Made by a program: the position numbers and the translations under genes. A stretch of 64,000 nt of DNA from Elusimicrobiota bacterium (lineage in GTDB: Bacteria > Elusimicrobiota > Elusimicrobia > Elusimicrobiales > UBA9959). Positions 17,994 through 28,171 of the stretch are shown here, piece by piece (the first letter of the stretch is position 1; each line of letters starts with the position of its first letter). The stretch covers positions 68,669-132,668 of the forward strand of contig JAINCQ010000037.1 in NCBI GenBank assembly GCA_036574205.1, given 5' to 3'. Below the pieces are notes generated by a model. The model saw nothing but the letters and a program-made list of their open reading frames with translations, was not told the origin of the DNA and did no database searches.

Positions 17994-19954
17994 CTAATGT
18001 TTTGTGCAACTTAATTTTATTTGATTTTTGAAGTTTTCAATTTCTTTCTGGTTATAAATTTGATAAAGCGATCTTTCGTCTATGGATATAATCCTTGCTT
18101 TTTCGCATATATTTCTTTTCTCTTTTTCGTTTTTTTCTCCATAAATATATATAAGCCCAAGATATGCGTTAATACAATAGGGGTCCTTTTTAATTAGAAC
18201 TAAAAAATCTTTTTCAGCGTTAGTTTTGTCATTTTCAATAAGATAAATCACAGCTCTATCGCTTAATAATCTTGAATCCTCGTTATTCTTAAGCTTTTGA
18301 TTAAGATATAAAATGGCTTGTTTATAATTTTTTTCTGACATATACTTTAAAAATAATGGATCATCTTGCTTTTTATTGCATGAATTTGCGTATATTAATT
18401 TAAAATATTTTTTTTCGGTTTCTATGAATATTTTATTTTTTTCGGGTATATAATATATTTCAAATTCGTCAGATTTTGTAATAAAATTGGACTGAGCTAT
18501 TATAAAATTGGCAATTTCAATGTAGCTTTTCACTATCCTGTTATAAAAATCTGAAATATTTTTAGGGTGAATATAATATATTTTTTTACCTGAAATACTA
18601 ATAGCATTATGTGAAACAATAGCAAGTTTTCCTTTTTCCTGTTTAAAATCCTCAAAGGAAAAAGAATTAATATTAGAGGTAAATTTTATTTCTTCAGCAG
18701 CTTCCTTATAGGGAAATATCAAAACTGTATCCTTTTCGTCTTTGATTCCATATGCAATTATTTTATCGAGTAGTGATCTATAATAGGCATTAGTAAAATA
18801 AGCGAATTTCATCTTTGAAAAAATGATTGGCGATAAAAGGATAAGAACAAAGAAAGATTTGTATTTTATTTTTTTAAATATCTCATAAAAAGCCTGAGCA
18901 AAAACAATAAACAATATAGGTGATAAAGGAGCAATGTATCTTTCTTCTAAATGATATATATTTGAAGGATAAAAAATATAAGTTAGTGTCATAATAATAG
19001 ATGAAAAAATAAGAATGATTTCTTCTTTTTTAAATTTTAAAACACACCCCTTGATGATTATAAATAATAATACAACAATTTCAAAAGGAAGAAAAAATAT
19101 CTGAAATAAATCTATAAATCTGTTTTTAACATATATGATATACTGTGGAAAGTTAGAAATTATTTCCCAGTAACCAAGATTTTTCCCCCTCCCATAAAAA
19201 TGCAGAATGGCCGGTGATAGAATAATTATAATTACAATAAAAATCCCTGTTTCAAATTTTGAAAAATCATTATGTATGTTTTTTATTGAGACTACTGTGT
19301 ATAATATTACAGGCAAAGCATAGATTACAAATTCAGTTCTAAAAAGAGAAGCTAAAATTATTGAACTCAAACAGAATATAAGAGAAGAAATTTTGTTATT
19401 TGAGATGAATAAACTTATGCTGAAAAGTATTAGAGAGTTTATCATAGTTGCAAAAGAAACCATTCCTTTATGATATAAAAAATATCCAAAAAAAAATTTT
19501 GAAGAAATATAGAAAACGATTGCAAGAAAACCTATCTCTGTCTTTTTATAAATTAATCTGGAACTCTCAAAAATCAGGAAAAGAGAAATAAAACCACAAG
19601 ATATACTTATAAACGTTGCTACTGAAGTTGAATTCCCAAAAATATTTTGAAAAAAACTGCATTAACATATGGATATATTATGCCATGCCTGTGATAAGTA
19701 AAAAAATCCTTTAAATTTCCGCTTGCCAGTAAATTTGCCATATTCAGCTCTTCAAAATCATCTGAAATGCCTATAAATTTAAGCCTTAAAATAAAAGATA
19801 AGAGGATTAAAATAGCGAATAAAACAATCGTGGCTATTAAATATTTCTTATCATCATATCCTCTAAAAATCTTATTTTTGTTTGTGATAGAAAATAAAGA
19901 AAACAGATATATTATTATAAATAGGGTTATGCTTATAACGTAAAAAAATTCCAT
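17994..19954 (-). pseudogene. Multi-TM GT-C-fold (ArnT/PMT-like) glycosyltransferase candidate with C-terminal TPR, one frameshift
   Basis: ORF 19619-19972 (ATG 19954; DDFEE, HGIIYP) joins ORF 17994-19463 via a shift in a T-run near 19640 (FGNSTSVATF...YHKGMVSF is open). Also FRTE, ERYIAP and TPR-like helices. Confidence 0.6.
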
Positions 19955-19955
19955 C

Positions 19956-20632
19956 TTATCTTTTTTTCCCAACTATTAGTATAGTGGTAGTATTATCAAG
20001 CTTTGAGATTTCACTAAAAATTTCTTTGCCTTTATAGCTTTTAAGAAATTCTCCATCTGAAACATAACTTTTTATTTTATAAAATCTAAAGTCTTTCCCA
20101 TATATTTGTTTTATTCTTTTTATATGTTCTCTTTTTAAAAAATTTGGATAGAATATCAGTAAGTGATTTGATTGCGCTTTCTTAGCTAAAGCGTATATGT
20201 TTTTAGGTTCAAATATTGGGTAATATCTCTTGTGACAATCTTTAATTCCCTTAAAATCTTATCTATTAAAAAATCAAAACTTGAAACTGATGGTTCAACT
20301 ATTACGCTGGCAACTCTTGAAAATTTCCAGAATATCTTTTCAACTATGGAATTTAAAAATAGAGGATTTCCGCTTGTCAGAAAAACAATGTTTTTATATT
20401 TTTTTAAGTTTTTTTTAATTGTTAAATAAATACTTTTAATAAGAGATTTTTCATCAAACTCTTTTTTTTCGGGAAGAATGAATTTTTTGGGATTTAACCA
20501 TAAGAAATCTTTTTCTTCCGCCACATCACTTATAACAATATCAGCTTGTTTTATTATCTCTTCAGTTTTATATGAAATATTAAATGGATTTAAGCCAAAA
20601 GAGCATATAAAAAGCTTTTTTTTTACTTCCAT
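19956..20632 (-). pseudogene. Tetrapyrrole-methylase-family SAM methyltransferase, frameshifted paralog of 27512-28171
   Basis: KKLFICSFGL, TSGNPLF, PSVSSFD. An alternative frame from about 20230 continues to TAA at 19956 (IYGKDFRFY matches TYGKKYSFY of the paralog). Confidence 0.65.
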
Positions 20633-21337
20633 TTATTTGCTTTCTAAAATCTCTGTGGATATAATATAATCCAATTTTGGAAAATTCTCTTTTAAATATT
20701 TATTTCCTTCAGACTGGATATGCGCCTGAGATGGTCCTCTGCCGTATGGCTCTCCTTCTCCGTAGCCGGAATATAGGTTATCTGCTACTTCCATACCATC
20801 AATTACTTTTGCAAATGGAGAAAATCCAATAGAATCTAACCTTGAATTATCTTTAAAATTTATGAAAAGTTGTGTAGTTCTTGTATTTGCTCCAGCTGTT
20901 GCAAAGGATATTGTTCCCCTTGTGTTTGAAAGTTTTACAGGATCATCTTCTATGGTGGCATTTAACCATTTTTCTGAAACTTTTGGATCAGGGTTTATTC
21001 CAAATTGCGCCACAAAATCAGGTATTACCCTGAAGAAAGCCGCGTCATTATAAAAACCGTTTTTAACAAGGTTGTAAAACCTATCAACCCCTTTTGGCGC
21101 CCATTCTCTTTTAACTTCTACTACAAAAACGCCTTTTGTTGTAGTGAATCTTACTTTAAAGGCATCAGGGGCTGTTTCATTCATTGTTTGCGGATTTAAT
21201 AATTTTTCCATATTCACTCCATTTAATTTATAATTTTCACTTTCAATTTTTATAATGCTTTTTTCTTTATATTCTTTGCAGGCAAAAAAAGATAATATTA
21301 AAACAGCGATTGCTATTTTTCTCATATTATCCTCCAA
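20633..21337 (-). CDS. Cyclophilin-type peptidyl-prolyl isomerase (probably exported/lipoprotein)
   Basis: FFRVIPDFVAQFG, NTRGTISFA, RTTQLFIN; hydrophobic N-terminus ending FFAC. Confidence 0.88.
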   Translation of the reverse strand: MEDNMRKIAIAVLILSFFACKEYKEKSIIKIESENYKLNGVNMEKLLNPQTMNETAPDAFKVRFTTTKGVFVVEVKREWAPKGVDRFYNLVKNGFYNDAAFFRVIPDFVAQFGINPDPKVSEKWLNATIEDDPVKLSNTRGTISFATAGANTRTTQLFINFKDNSRLDSIGFSPFAKVIDGMEVADNLYSGYGEGEPYGRGPSQAHIQSEGNKYLKENFPKLDYIISTEILESK

Positions 21338-21353
21338 TTATTTTAAAGCATAT

Positions 21354-22565
21354 TCAATTTTTATTTAAGTCTTTATGTTCTACTATAAAACTTCCAATTA
21401 CAGAATAAAAGACAGTTGCCTTAATAAGGTCCGATATCGGCATTTGTTCATTCACGCTATGCGCGTATATTTCATTAGCAGGGCCAAATCCAACAGATGG
21501 TATTCCGAGCCGTCCAGCTGATGCTACACCATTTGTTGAGAATACCCATTTACCAACTTTAGGTTTTTTCTCAAGCGCAAAATTTGCAGCTTTTATTGCT
21601 GACTGAACAAGATGATGTTTTTCTTCTAAAACCCATGTCGGAAAATATTTCTCCTGCTTTACCTTTAATCCTTTCCAGCTTGTTGCCTCATAATTTAGTA
21701 TTTCTACCTTTGCCTTATACTTTTTTACAGAAGGTAGATTTTTTATTTGCTTTATTGCAAGATCTTTATCCTCACCTTTTGTAAGTCTTCTATCTAAATA
21801 TATTACAGCTTCATCTGGAATAGCATTTAAGGATGGAGTCTTAGATTCTTCATATGTTACAGCAATGGTTCCTTTTCCAAGAAAGTGGTCATTTTTTAAT
21901 TTTTCATTTAATTTTGTTACTTCTTGAATAATATGGCTCATTTTAAATAGAGCATTATCTCCTCTTTCTGGCGCTGAAGCATGGCAGGATTTCCCCTTTA
22001 CCGTTATTTTTATTTCCATCCTTCCCCTGTGTCCTCTATAAACCGAAAGATTTGTCGGTTCAGTTAATATTACATAATCGGGTTTTATTTTTTCTTTATT
22101 TACTATGTGAAGAATTGGAAGTCCATCACAATCTTCTTCCTGAACCGAACCTACAGCTATGTAGGTATATTTATTTGCAAGTCCAAGCTCTTTAATTATT
22201 TTTCCAGCATAAACCATTGAAACCATTGAAAGCTTTTGATCACTTGCTCCCCTTCCCCAGATTTTGTTATCTTTTATAATTCCTTCAAATGGCTTTATTT
22301 TCCACTCTTTAGGATCTCCAACGCCAACTGTGTCTATATGAGCGTCTAACATTACTTTCATTTTTCCATTTCCAATAAATCCGAGAATGTTTCCCATTTT
22401 ATCTATTTTTACTTTATCAAAACCACAGATTATCATTTCTTTTTCAATTAATCTGACAAGGTCCCCTTCTTTTGTTGAAAAACTTGGAGTTTTAATCATT
22501 TTAACAGCAAAATTAATTATGTCTTTTTTATATTTTTCAGCTAATTCTTTTACTTTTTTATCCAT
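21354..22565 (-). CDS. ygeY: YgeY-family M20 metallohydrolase
   Basis: DAHIDTV, GRGASDQ, VQEEDCDG, TEPT, GHRGRMEI, FSTNGV. Confidence 0.85.
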   Translation of the reverse strand: MDKKVKELAEKYKKDIINFAVKMIKTPSFSTKEGDLVRLIEKEMIICGFDKVKIDKMGNILGFIGNGKMKVMLDAHIDTVGVGDPKEWKIKPFEGIIKDNKIWGRGASDQKLSMVSMVYAGKIIKELGLANKYTYIAVGSVQEEDCDGLPILHIVNKEKIKPDYVILTEPTNLSVYRGHRGRMEIKITVKGKSCHASAPERGDNALFKMSHIIQEVTKLNEKLKNDHFLGKGTIAVTYEESKTPSLNAIPDEAVIYLDRRLTKGEDKDLAIKQIKNLPSVKKYKAKVEILNYEATSWKGLKVKQEKYFPTWVLEEKHHLVQSAIKAANFALEKKPKVGKWVFSTNGVASAGRLGIPSVGFGPANEIYAHSVNEQMPISDLIKATVFYSVIGSFIVEHKDLNKN

Positions 22566-22606
22566 TTGATTCCTCCATATATTCTTATGTTATTATACTA
22601 AATTTG

Positions 22607-22674
22607 TTTGATATAATTTTTATTGATGAAATCAATAAGATTTGATATAATTTTTATTGATGAGATCAATAAGG
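22607..22674 (+). repeat. Tandem 34-bp duplication containing an extended -10 box and an 8-3-8 palindrome
   Basis: TTTGATATAATTTTTATTGATGAAATCAATAAGA (22607-22640) and TTTGATATAATTTTTATTGATGAGATCAATAAGG (22641-22674); 2 mismatches. Confidence 0.9.
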
Positions 22675-25128
22675 ATAGCTTTTTTTGGAAAAGGTGGAAT
22701 AGGAAAAACGACTATAGCCGCAAATTTTTCTGCATATATTGCAAGTCTCGGCAAAAAGGTTCTTGTAGTTGGTTGTGATCCCAAAATGGATAGTACAAAG
22801 CTACTTATGGGAAAAGAATTCATATCTCCCTTTATGGAGAAAATGAATCCTCACTCTACAAAAAACGATATAATTTCTAATATATATAAATCTCCGATTA
22901 TTAAAAATCTTGATTGTATTGAGGTCGGTGGTCCAAAGCCCGGGGTAGGTTGTGCTGGTGTAGGGATAGGTATGATGATAGATATGCTTGGCAAATATAG
23001 TATAGCTGATGAATATGATTTTGTTATTTTTGATGTGCTTGGAGATATAGTATGTGGTGGTTTCGCAGGTCCTTTAAGAAGTGGGTTTGCTGATATTATG
23101 ATTATAGTAACATCTGATGAAATTTCTTCACTTTATGCTGCAAATAGACTTATCAGTATGGCTCAAAAGTATAAAGAAAATGGTATAAAAAGAGTTTGTT
23201 TGATAGCTAATTTAAAAGAGGGAGGGGATGTAAAAAAAATTACAGCTTTCTCAGAGCTTTGCAATGTTGATGTAATATCAACAATAAATTATGATATTAA
23301 AGTAAGGACACTTTCCGATAAAAATAAACTTGCGGTATTTTTCTTAAAGGAGAGCGGATTTTATCGCGAAATTAAAAGAATTTACAATGAGGTATCTAAT
23401 AGAAAAATAAAAAATATTGATTTCAAATCCCTTGATTCCTCTACTTTTACAGAACTTTCTATTAATAATTTTGAAGTTTTAAGCAATAAAGTTCATCAGT
23501 TAAAAGAAAACTTTTTTAATTATTCATCTATTGATGAGGTGGTGAAAAAAAATAAAATATCTTTTCGTGGAATTTATGCTGAAGGTCAACTATTGTTTTC
23601 ATTCAATTATGGCTTTCAAAAAATAAGCTTTATCATTATGTCCTATTCAGTTAGCAAAGGTAAATTAGATTATAAAGACTGGTTTATCTGCTTTTCCCCT
23701 GGAACACCATATAATCAACAGATAAGATTTTCAGAAAAACTTAATGAGATCAAAAAATCCTTCTCAAATTTTAAATATGAAGAAATAGAAAAACATTTTA
23801 TTGGTAACAAAATGCATTTCAGGAAAAATCTGGAAAAGGATAATATTTCAGTGAAGATTATCTCATCAAGACCGTTAACAGTCGGCGAAAAATGGCATAA
23901 GTTTATATATACTGAGGGCTTTACTAAGATATTTATTCCTCCGGGAGTAGTTATTATAGAACATGGAGATATAGAATGTAAATTTAGCGATGGCGTTGGA
24001 GGTAATCTTGGAATGTTTTGTAAAAAAGACATTCAGTTTCCTTCTATGCCAAAATGGATGGTAAGGATATTGAATGATGAGATAGATGATAACGATATTA
24101 TATATGGCGATGAAGAGAAGATTAAATCCTGTATTAAGACAGTTCCTGGGTTTAGAAAAAAAGGACTTATAGAGATATATAACTGTTGTACCCCTCTGCT
24201 AACTGCTGCGGACAAAAGTTCAATTTCAAAACTTAAATCTGTTTATATGGAAAATCTTAATAGCTTTAATGAAAATACTTCTTATGAAAAAATAGAAAAG
24301 CGTATAAAATATATGTTAGATAGGATAAAAATTATAGATAAAAAAGATAGATATGATTTTAATTTTATAAATTTTAATTTTAATGATGAAATTTCCAAAT
24401 ATCTTAAAAGTGCGAAAGTAAGATTTATCGAGACTGGAGAACATACTGATGAATTCGTTTTTTATAGCGCTATTAAAGGCTCAAAATGGCAAATATTATT
24501 TAATGATGATCTGGTTTTAAAAGGATGTTTTGAAAAAGCTGGAATTAATTATAAAATTTTTCCCCCTCCTTTCGGTTTAAAAAATAGTATTAATTTGTTA
24601 AAGAATTTAAGTTTATTATCTGATAGAAATATTATGGATTTTGTTACGGCTGAAAAAGAAATTATAAAGGAGTTGTTTAGTTTAAAAAAAGATAATAAGA
24701 ATATTAAAATAGGCATAATAATTAATGTTAATGAACTTCAAGCTTTTTTAGTAAATAAGATAGGAAAGGAAATACCAATTTTTGATTTTTTATCTGAAGC
24801 TGGTTTTGATATAAATATGTTTTTATATTTAGACCAAAGTAAATCTTCGGATATTTTAAAGTTACCTAGAAAAGAAAATCTTAAGATAATATTTTTTAAA
24901 GATCCTAAAGAACTTTCATCCGTGCTTTTGAAAAGTAAAGTTAGGCTTGTTTATTCTGATGTAAGAACGGATAGGAGACTTATAGAACTTGGTATAACTC
25001 CATTTTCGGAGGATATTTTTGAAATGGGTATTGAGGGTTTTTTTGAAACAATAAAAAGGATAAGAAGGCTTAATGAGTGGAAGTTTTATGAAAAATACGC
25101 TGGATATAAATATAAAGGAAAGAACTGA
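22657..25128 (+). CDS. NifH/BchL-like Fe protein fused to a nitrogenase component-1-like domain
   Basis: GKGGIGKTT, GCDPKMDST, EVGGPKPGVGCAG, DVLGDIVCGGFA. C-terminal half has HGDIEC, DIIYGDEEKI, YNCCTPLL, PPFG, MGIEG. Confidence 0.85.
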   Translation: MMRSIRIAFFGKGGIGKTTIAANFSAYIASLGKKVLVVGCDPKMDSTKLLMGKEFISPFMEKMNPHSTKNDIISNIYKSPIIKNLDCIEVGGPKPGVGCAGVGIGMMIDMLGKYSIADEYDFVIFDVLGDIVCGGFAGPLRSGFADIMIIVTSDEISSLYAANRLISMAQKYKENGIKRVCLIANLKEGGDVKKITAFSELCNVDVISTINYDIKVRTLSDKNKLAVFFLKESGFYREIKRIYNEVSNRKIKNIDFKSLDSSTFTELSINNFEVLSNKVHQLKENFFNYSSIDEVVKKNKISFRGIYAEGQLLFSFNYGFQKISFIIMSYSVSKGKLDYKDWFICFSPGTPYNQQIRFSEKLNEIKKSFSNFKYEEIEKHFIGNKMHFRKNLEKDNISVKIISSRPLTVGEKWHKFIYTEGFTKIFIPPGVVIIEHGDIECKFSDGVGGNLGMFCKKDIQFPSMPKWMVRILNDEIDDNDIIYGDEEKIKSCIKTVPGFRKKGLIEIYNCCTPLLTAADKSSISKLKSVYMENLNSFNENTSYEKIEKRIKYMLDRIKIIDKKDRYDFNFINFNFNDEISKYLKSAKVRFIETGEHTDEFVFYSAIKGSKWQILFNDDLVLKGCFEKAGINYKIFPPPFGLKNSINLLKNLSLLSDRNIMDFVTAEKEIIKELFSLKKDNKNIKIGIIINVNELQAFLVNKIGKEIPIFDFLSEAGFDINMFLYLDQSKSSDILKLPRKENLKIIFFKDPKELSSVLLKSKVRLVYSDVRTDRRLIELGITPFSEDIFEMGIEGFFETIKRIRRLNEWKFYEKYAGYKYKGKN

Positions 25129-26359
25129 AAACTCAAGCATGCTTCCATTTTTACTCGGAGTTATGCTTGGAATTAATTCTTTTGACGATGTTCTTTTAAT
25201 AGTTGACGGGCTTAATTGTATTATGTCAAGGGTTGAGTACATATTTGGTAATCACGATTTATATTCTACGCTTCTTTTGCCATCAGGTAAACACAGAATA
25301 ACATACACTATGAATGGTCCATTTACTACAGCAAATTCCGAAGAAAGGCTTATCTCAATTATAAAAAAAAATCTAGAAGATAGAAAATATTCTGCTATTT
25401 TTATTACGTCTTTGCCATTTCAAAAATTGATGAGACCTGATTATGAAAGAATCATAAAAAGTATAAAATCAGATATCCCTATTATATACATTGATCAGAA
25501 AAAGACTGATGATGATTGGATTGAAGGATATTCTGCATTTTTATCCTCTATTATAAGTTATATATTTTCAAAAGGAAGTAAGAAAACTAAAAGAAAAAAT
25601 ACTATTGCTATCCTTGGTAATATGTATGACAGAAATGAATATGATACAAAGGCTAATATAAGTGAGATTTGCAGATTGGTTGATATATGCGGCTATGAGC
25701 CGATTTATGTATTTCCTTCTGGCGGAAGTTTTATTGATGTATGGAAAATTATGGAAGCTGAACATATAGTTGTTCTTCCATATATTAAAGACTTGCTTCC
25801 TCAAATTAGCAAAAGCACATCTGCAAAAGTTTATGAAATGTGTTTGCCTTTAGGAATAGAAGCCTCCATAAGATGGGTTTACGAATTAAATAAAAAACAT
25901 GTTAAGTTCGCCCAAAAAATAGCCTTAGAAAGCATGGAAAGAGTAATGCCAATTATAAGTGTTATGTCTGGGAAAAATATTGTTTATTTTGGAGAACCAT
26001 ATATGCTTGATTCACTTTCTTATTTTTTTGATGATCTTAATATTTCAGTGGAATCTGCATTTTTAAATACAAACCCTAAGAAAATTGATAATATAAGAAT
26101 ATTTAAAAGACTTTTGTTTAATTATGATATAAATAAAGTAGATAGAGAGTTGGGAAAAATTATAGATGAAAAGCATATTAATCTTATTGTTGGCAATTGC
26201 TTTTCAAAGAAGCTTGTGTCTGGAAAAAATATTCCTTTCCTTGAATTTGGTTTCCCATCATATGGATTTCATTGCCTTTCTGATCAACCTTATTTTGGAT
26301 TTGAGGGTTTTGTATCATTTGCAAATAGAATTGCAAACTCCATACTTTCAACAATTTGA
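25073..26359 (+). CDS. Nitrogenase component-1-like (NifD/K, BchN/B-type oxidoreductase) subunit
   Basis: IVDGLNC, DWIEGY, PLGIEAS, EFGFPSY, PYFGFEG. The real start may be ATG 25088. Confidence 0.75.
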   Translation: MSGSFMKNTLDINIKERTENSSMLPFLLGVMLGINSFDDVLLIVDGLNCIMSRVEYIFGNHDLYSTLLLPSGKHRITYTMNGPFTTANSEERLISIIKKNLEDRKYSAIFITSLPFQKLMRPDYERIIKSIKSDIPIIYIDQKKTDDDWIEGYSAFLSSIISYIFSKGSKKTKRKNTIAILGNMYDRNEYDTKANISEICRLVDICGYEPIYVFPSGGSFIDVWKIMEAEHIVVLPYIKDLLPQISKSTSAKVYEMCLPLGIEASIRWVYELNKKHVKFAQKIALESMERVMPIISVMSGKNIVYFGEPYMLDSLSYFFDDLNISVESAFLNTNPKKIDNIRIFKRLLFNYDINKVDRELGKIIDEKHINLIVGNCFSKKLVSGKNIPFLEFGFPSYGFHCLSDQPYFGFEGFVSFANRIANSILSTI

Positions 26360-26763
26360 ATATGAAAATACTTTCCTGTATAACAGATATAGAAGAGATA
26401 AGATATCTTAAAAAAGCGGGGGCTGATGAGGTTAATATAGATGCATATGAAGAGATTTTTGAGAGCTTAAAAGTTCTTGTTAATTGTGGAATAGATTCCA
26501 TGATAGTTTCTAATATTGGTTTTGCGTCTTTTTTAAATAAGGTATTCCCTTCTTTAAATATTCATTTGAGTTCAATAAACCCTGTTTTTAACTCTGAGGC
26601 TTTTTCTTTTTTAAGATCCAGAATAAGGTTTTCAAGGCTTATACTTCCAAACCAGCTGTCTGCTAAAGAAGCCCAAGGATTGGTAAGAACCTGCAAAAGT
26701 AAAAAAGTTGAAGCTAAAATATTTTTTCAAATTTTTGGGTTGTCTATATATAATGCATTGTGA
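26356..26763 (+). pseudogene. U32-family protein remnant (paralog of 59487-60404)
   Basis: Shares AGADE, NCGID, HLSS.NPVFNS, ILPNQLSA with the intact paralog. It has an internal deletion, a frameshift at FKF.GC and a 3' truncation. Confidence 0.8.
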
Positions 26764-27510
26764 TCTGTTAGTATCGTTTAAATATATGTCAAATATTCTT
26801 GTTATATATTCTTTTAAAAAACAAGCCTGAAGATGTTCATAAAAAAATGGATATCCACCTTTTTTAAGCATTAATTCTGATGCCTTTATAAAATAAGGTA
26901 TTGTATCTGAAACTTTAACTTTAATTTCATTTTTTGATAGCTTTGCCCTACCTATATATTGAAGAAATTGAATGATTATTAATTTCAACCCTATTTTAGA
27001 AAAGAAATTTACATATCCATCTATATATTTTTAATTAAGATCATTGACAATGAATATTGAAGATAAAGGTATCTTTGCTTCTATTATGTTGTTAACTGCC
27101 TTAATCATTGTTTTATAAGAATTTTTAAAACCTGTGAGAAACTCATATTCTTTTTCCCTGTAATCAGGAATATTTAGAGCAAGGGAATCAACCTGTATTT
27201 CGGAAACTATTTTTGTAAATTTTTCATCGGAAAAGGCAAGTCCATTTGTGAATATATGAATATAATATACTAATTTTTTTGCCAATAGCAATGTTTTGAT
27301 AAAATCTTTGTGAATAGTTGGTTCTCCGTCGACAAGAGTTAGGTAATTAAATCCATTTTTTTTGCCAGAATAAAGCGTATTTGATATTGTTTTAAAATCT
27401 ATATCTATTTGATATGATTGGCTATTTCTTCTGTCTTTTGCAAAACAGTAAACGCAGCTCCTATTGCATCTATATGTCAGATAGAGTTCAATCCTTTTAA
27501 TTTCATTCAT
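26760..27510 (-). pseudogene. HxsC-type radical SAM pseudogene
   Basis: CNRSCVYC; GGEP changed to DGEP; in-frame TAA at 27031-27033 (LN*KY) between two same-frame ORFs; C-terminal Cys domain missing. Confidence 0.75.
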
Positions 27511-27511
27511 T

Positions 27512-28171
27512 TTATTTTTCAGGGATATATATTGTAAGCATTTTTTTCTCATTTATAAATTTATGAAAACAATTAATGTTTGTTTTTATTATTTCTGTTT
27601 CAAACGATATATCTTTTATATGTGTTATATAAAATGAATATTTTTTGCCATAGGTTGAATTAAAAATTTTTTTAAAAAACTTTGAGATTTTTTTATTTGA
27701 CAAATTTTCAGCGCCAAATATAAGAGTATTAATATCAGAGTTCAGATTAAAATTTATATCTTCTGGATCTTTTGGTATATTTATTATCAATAAATCATTT
27801 TTCAAAAGGTTTAATTCTAAAAAAACAGAAAAAATTCCATCTAAGGAAGAGACAGCCGGAATAAGTAATATCTCAAATCCTTTAAGTTTTGTGAATATTT
27901 CATCTGTTACACTATTAAGAAATGCTGGGTTACCATAAGTTATAAAAGAGATATTATCATAATGCGCAAATTTTTCCTTTATTATCTCTACTATTTGTGA
28001 TGGAGTGTTTTTTCTTATATTTTCAAATTTTTTAAGACCTAGTTTGAGAGCATCTTTTTTGTTAAGTGCGTCTGAAAGAACAATATCTGAGTTTTTTATT
28101 ATATGGAGTGTTTGTAATGTAATTTCTTCTGGTTTAAGTCCATATCCGCAAATAAAAAGTTTCTTTTTCAT
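27512..28171 (-). CDS. Tetrapyrrole-methylase-family SAM-dependent methyltransferase
   Basis: LFICGYGL..EEITLQT, SDIV, ITYGNPAF, IPAVSSLD. Confidence 0.75.
   Translation of the reverse strand: MKKKLFICGYGLKPEEITLQTLHIIKNSDIVLSDALNKKDALKLGLKKFENIRKNTPSQIVEIIKEKFAHYDNISFITYGNPAFLNSVTDEIFTKLKGFEILLIPAVSSLDGIFSVFLELNLLKNDLLIINIPKDPEDINFNLNSDINTLIFGAENLSNKKISKFFKKIFNSTYGKKYSFYITHIKDISFETEIIKTNINCFHKFINEKKMLTIYIPEK

Noticed and set aside
22657..26359. Bona fide nitrogen fixation genes (nifHDK)
   Set aside because: P-cluster ligand set is incomplete, no FeMoco-binding motifs are recognisable, there is no nifB/E/N, and the architecture is fused.
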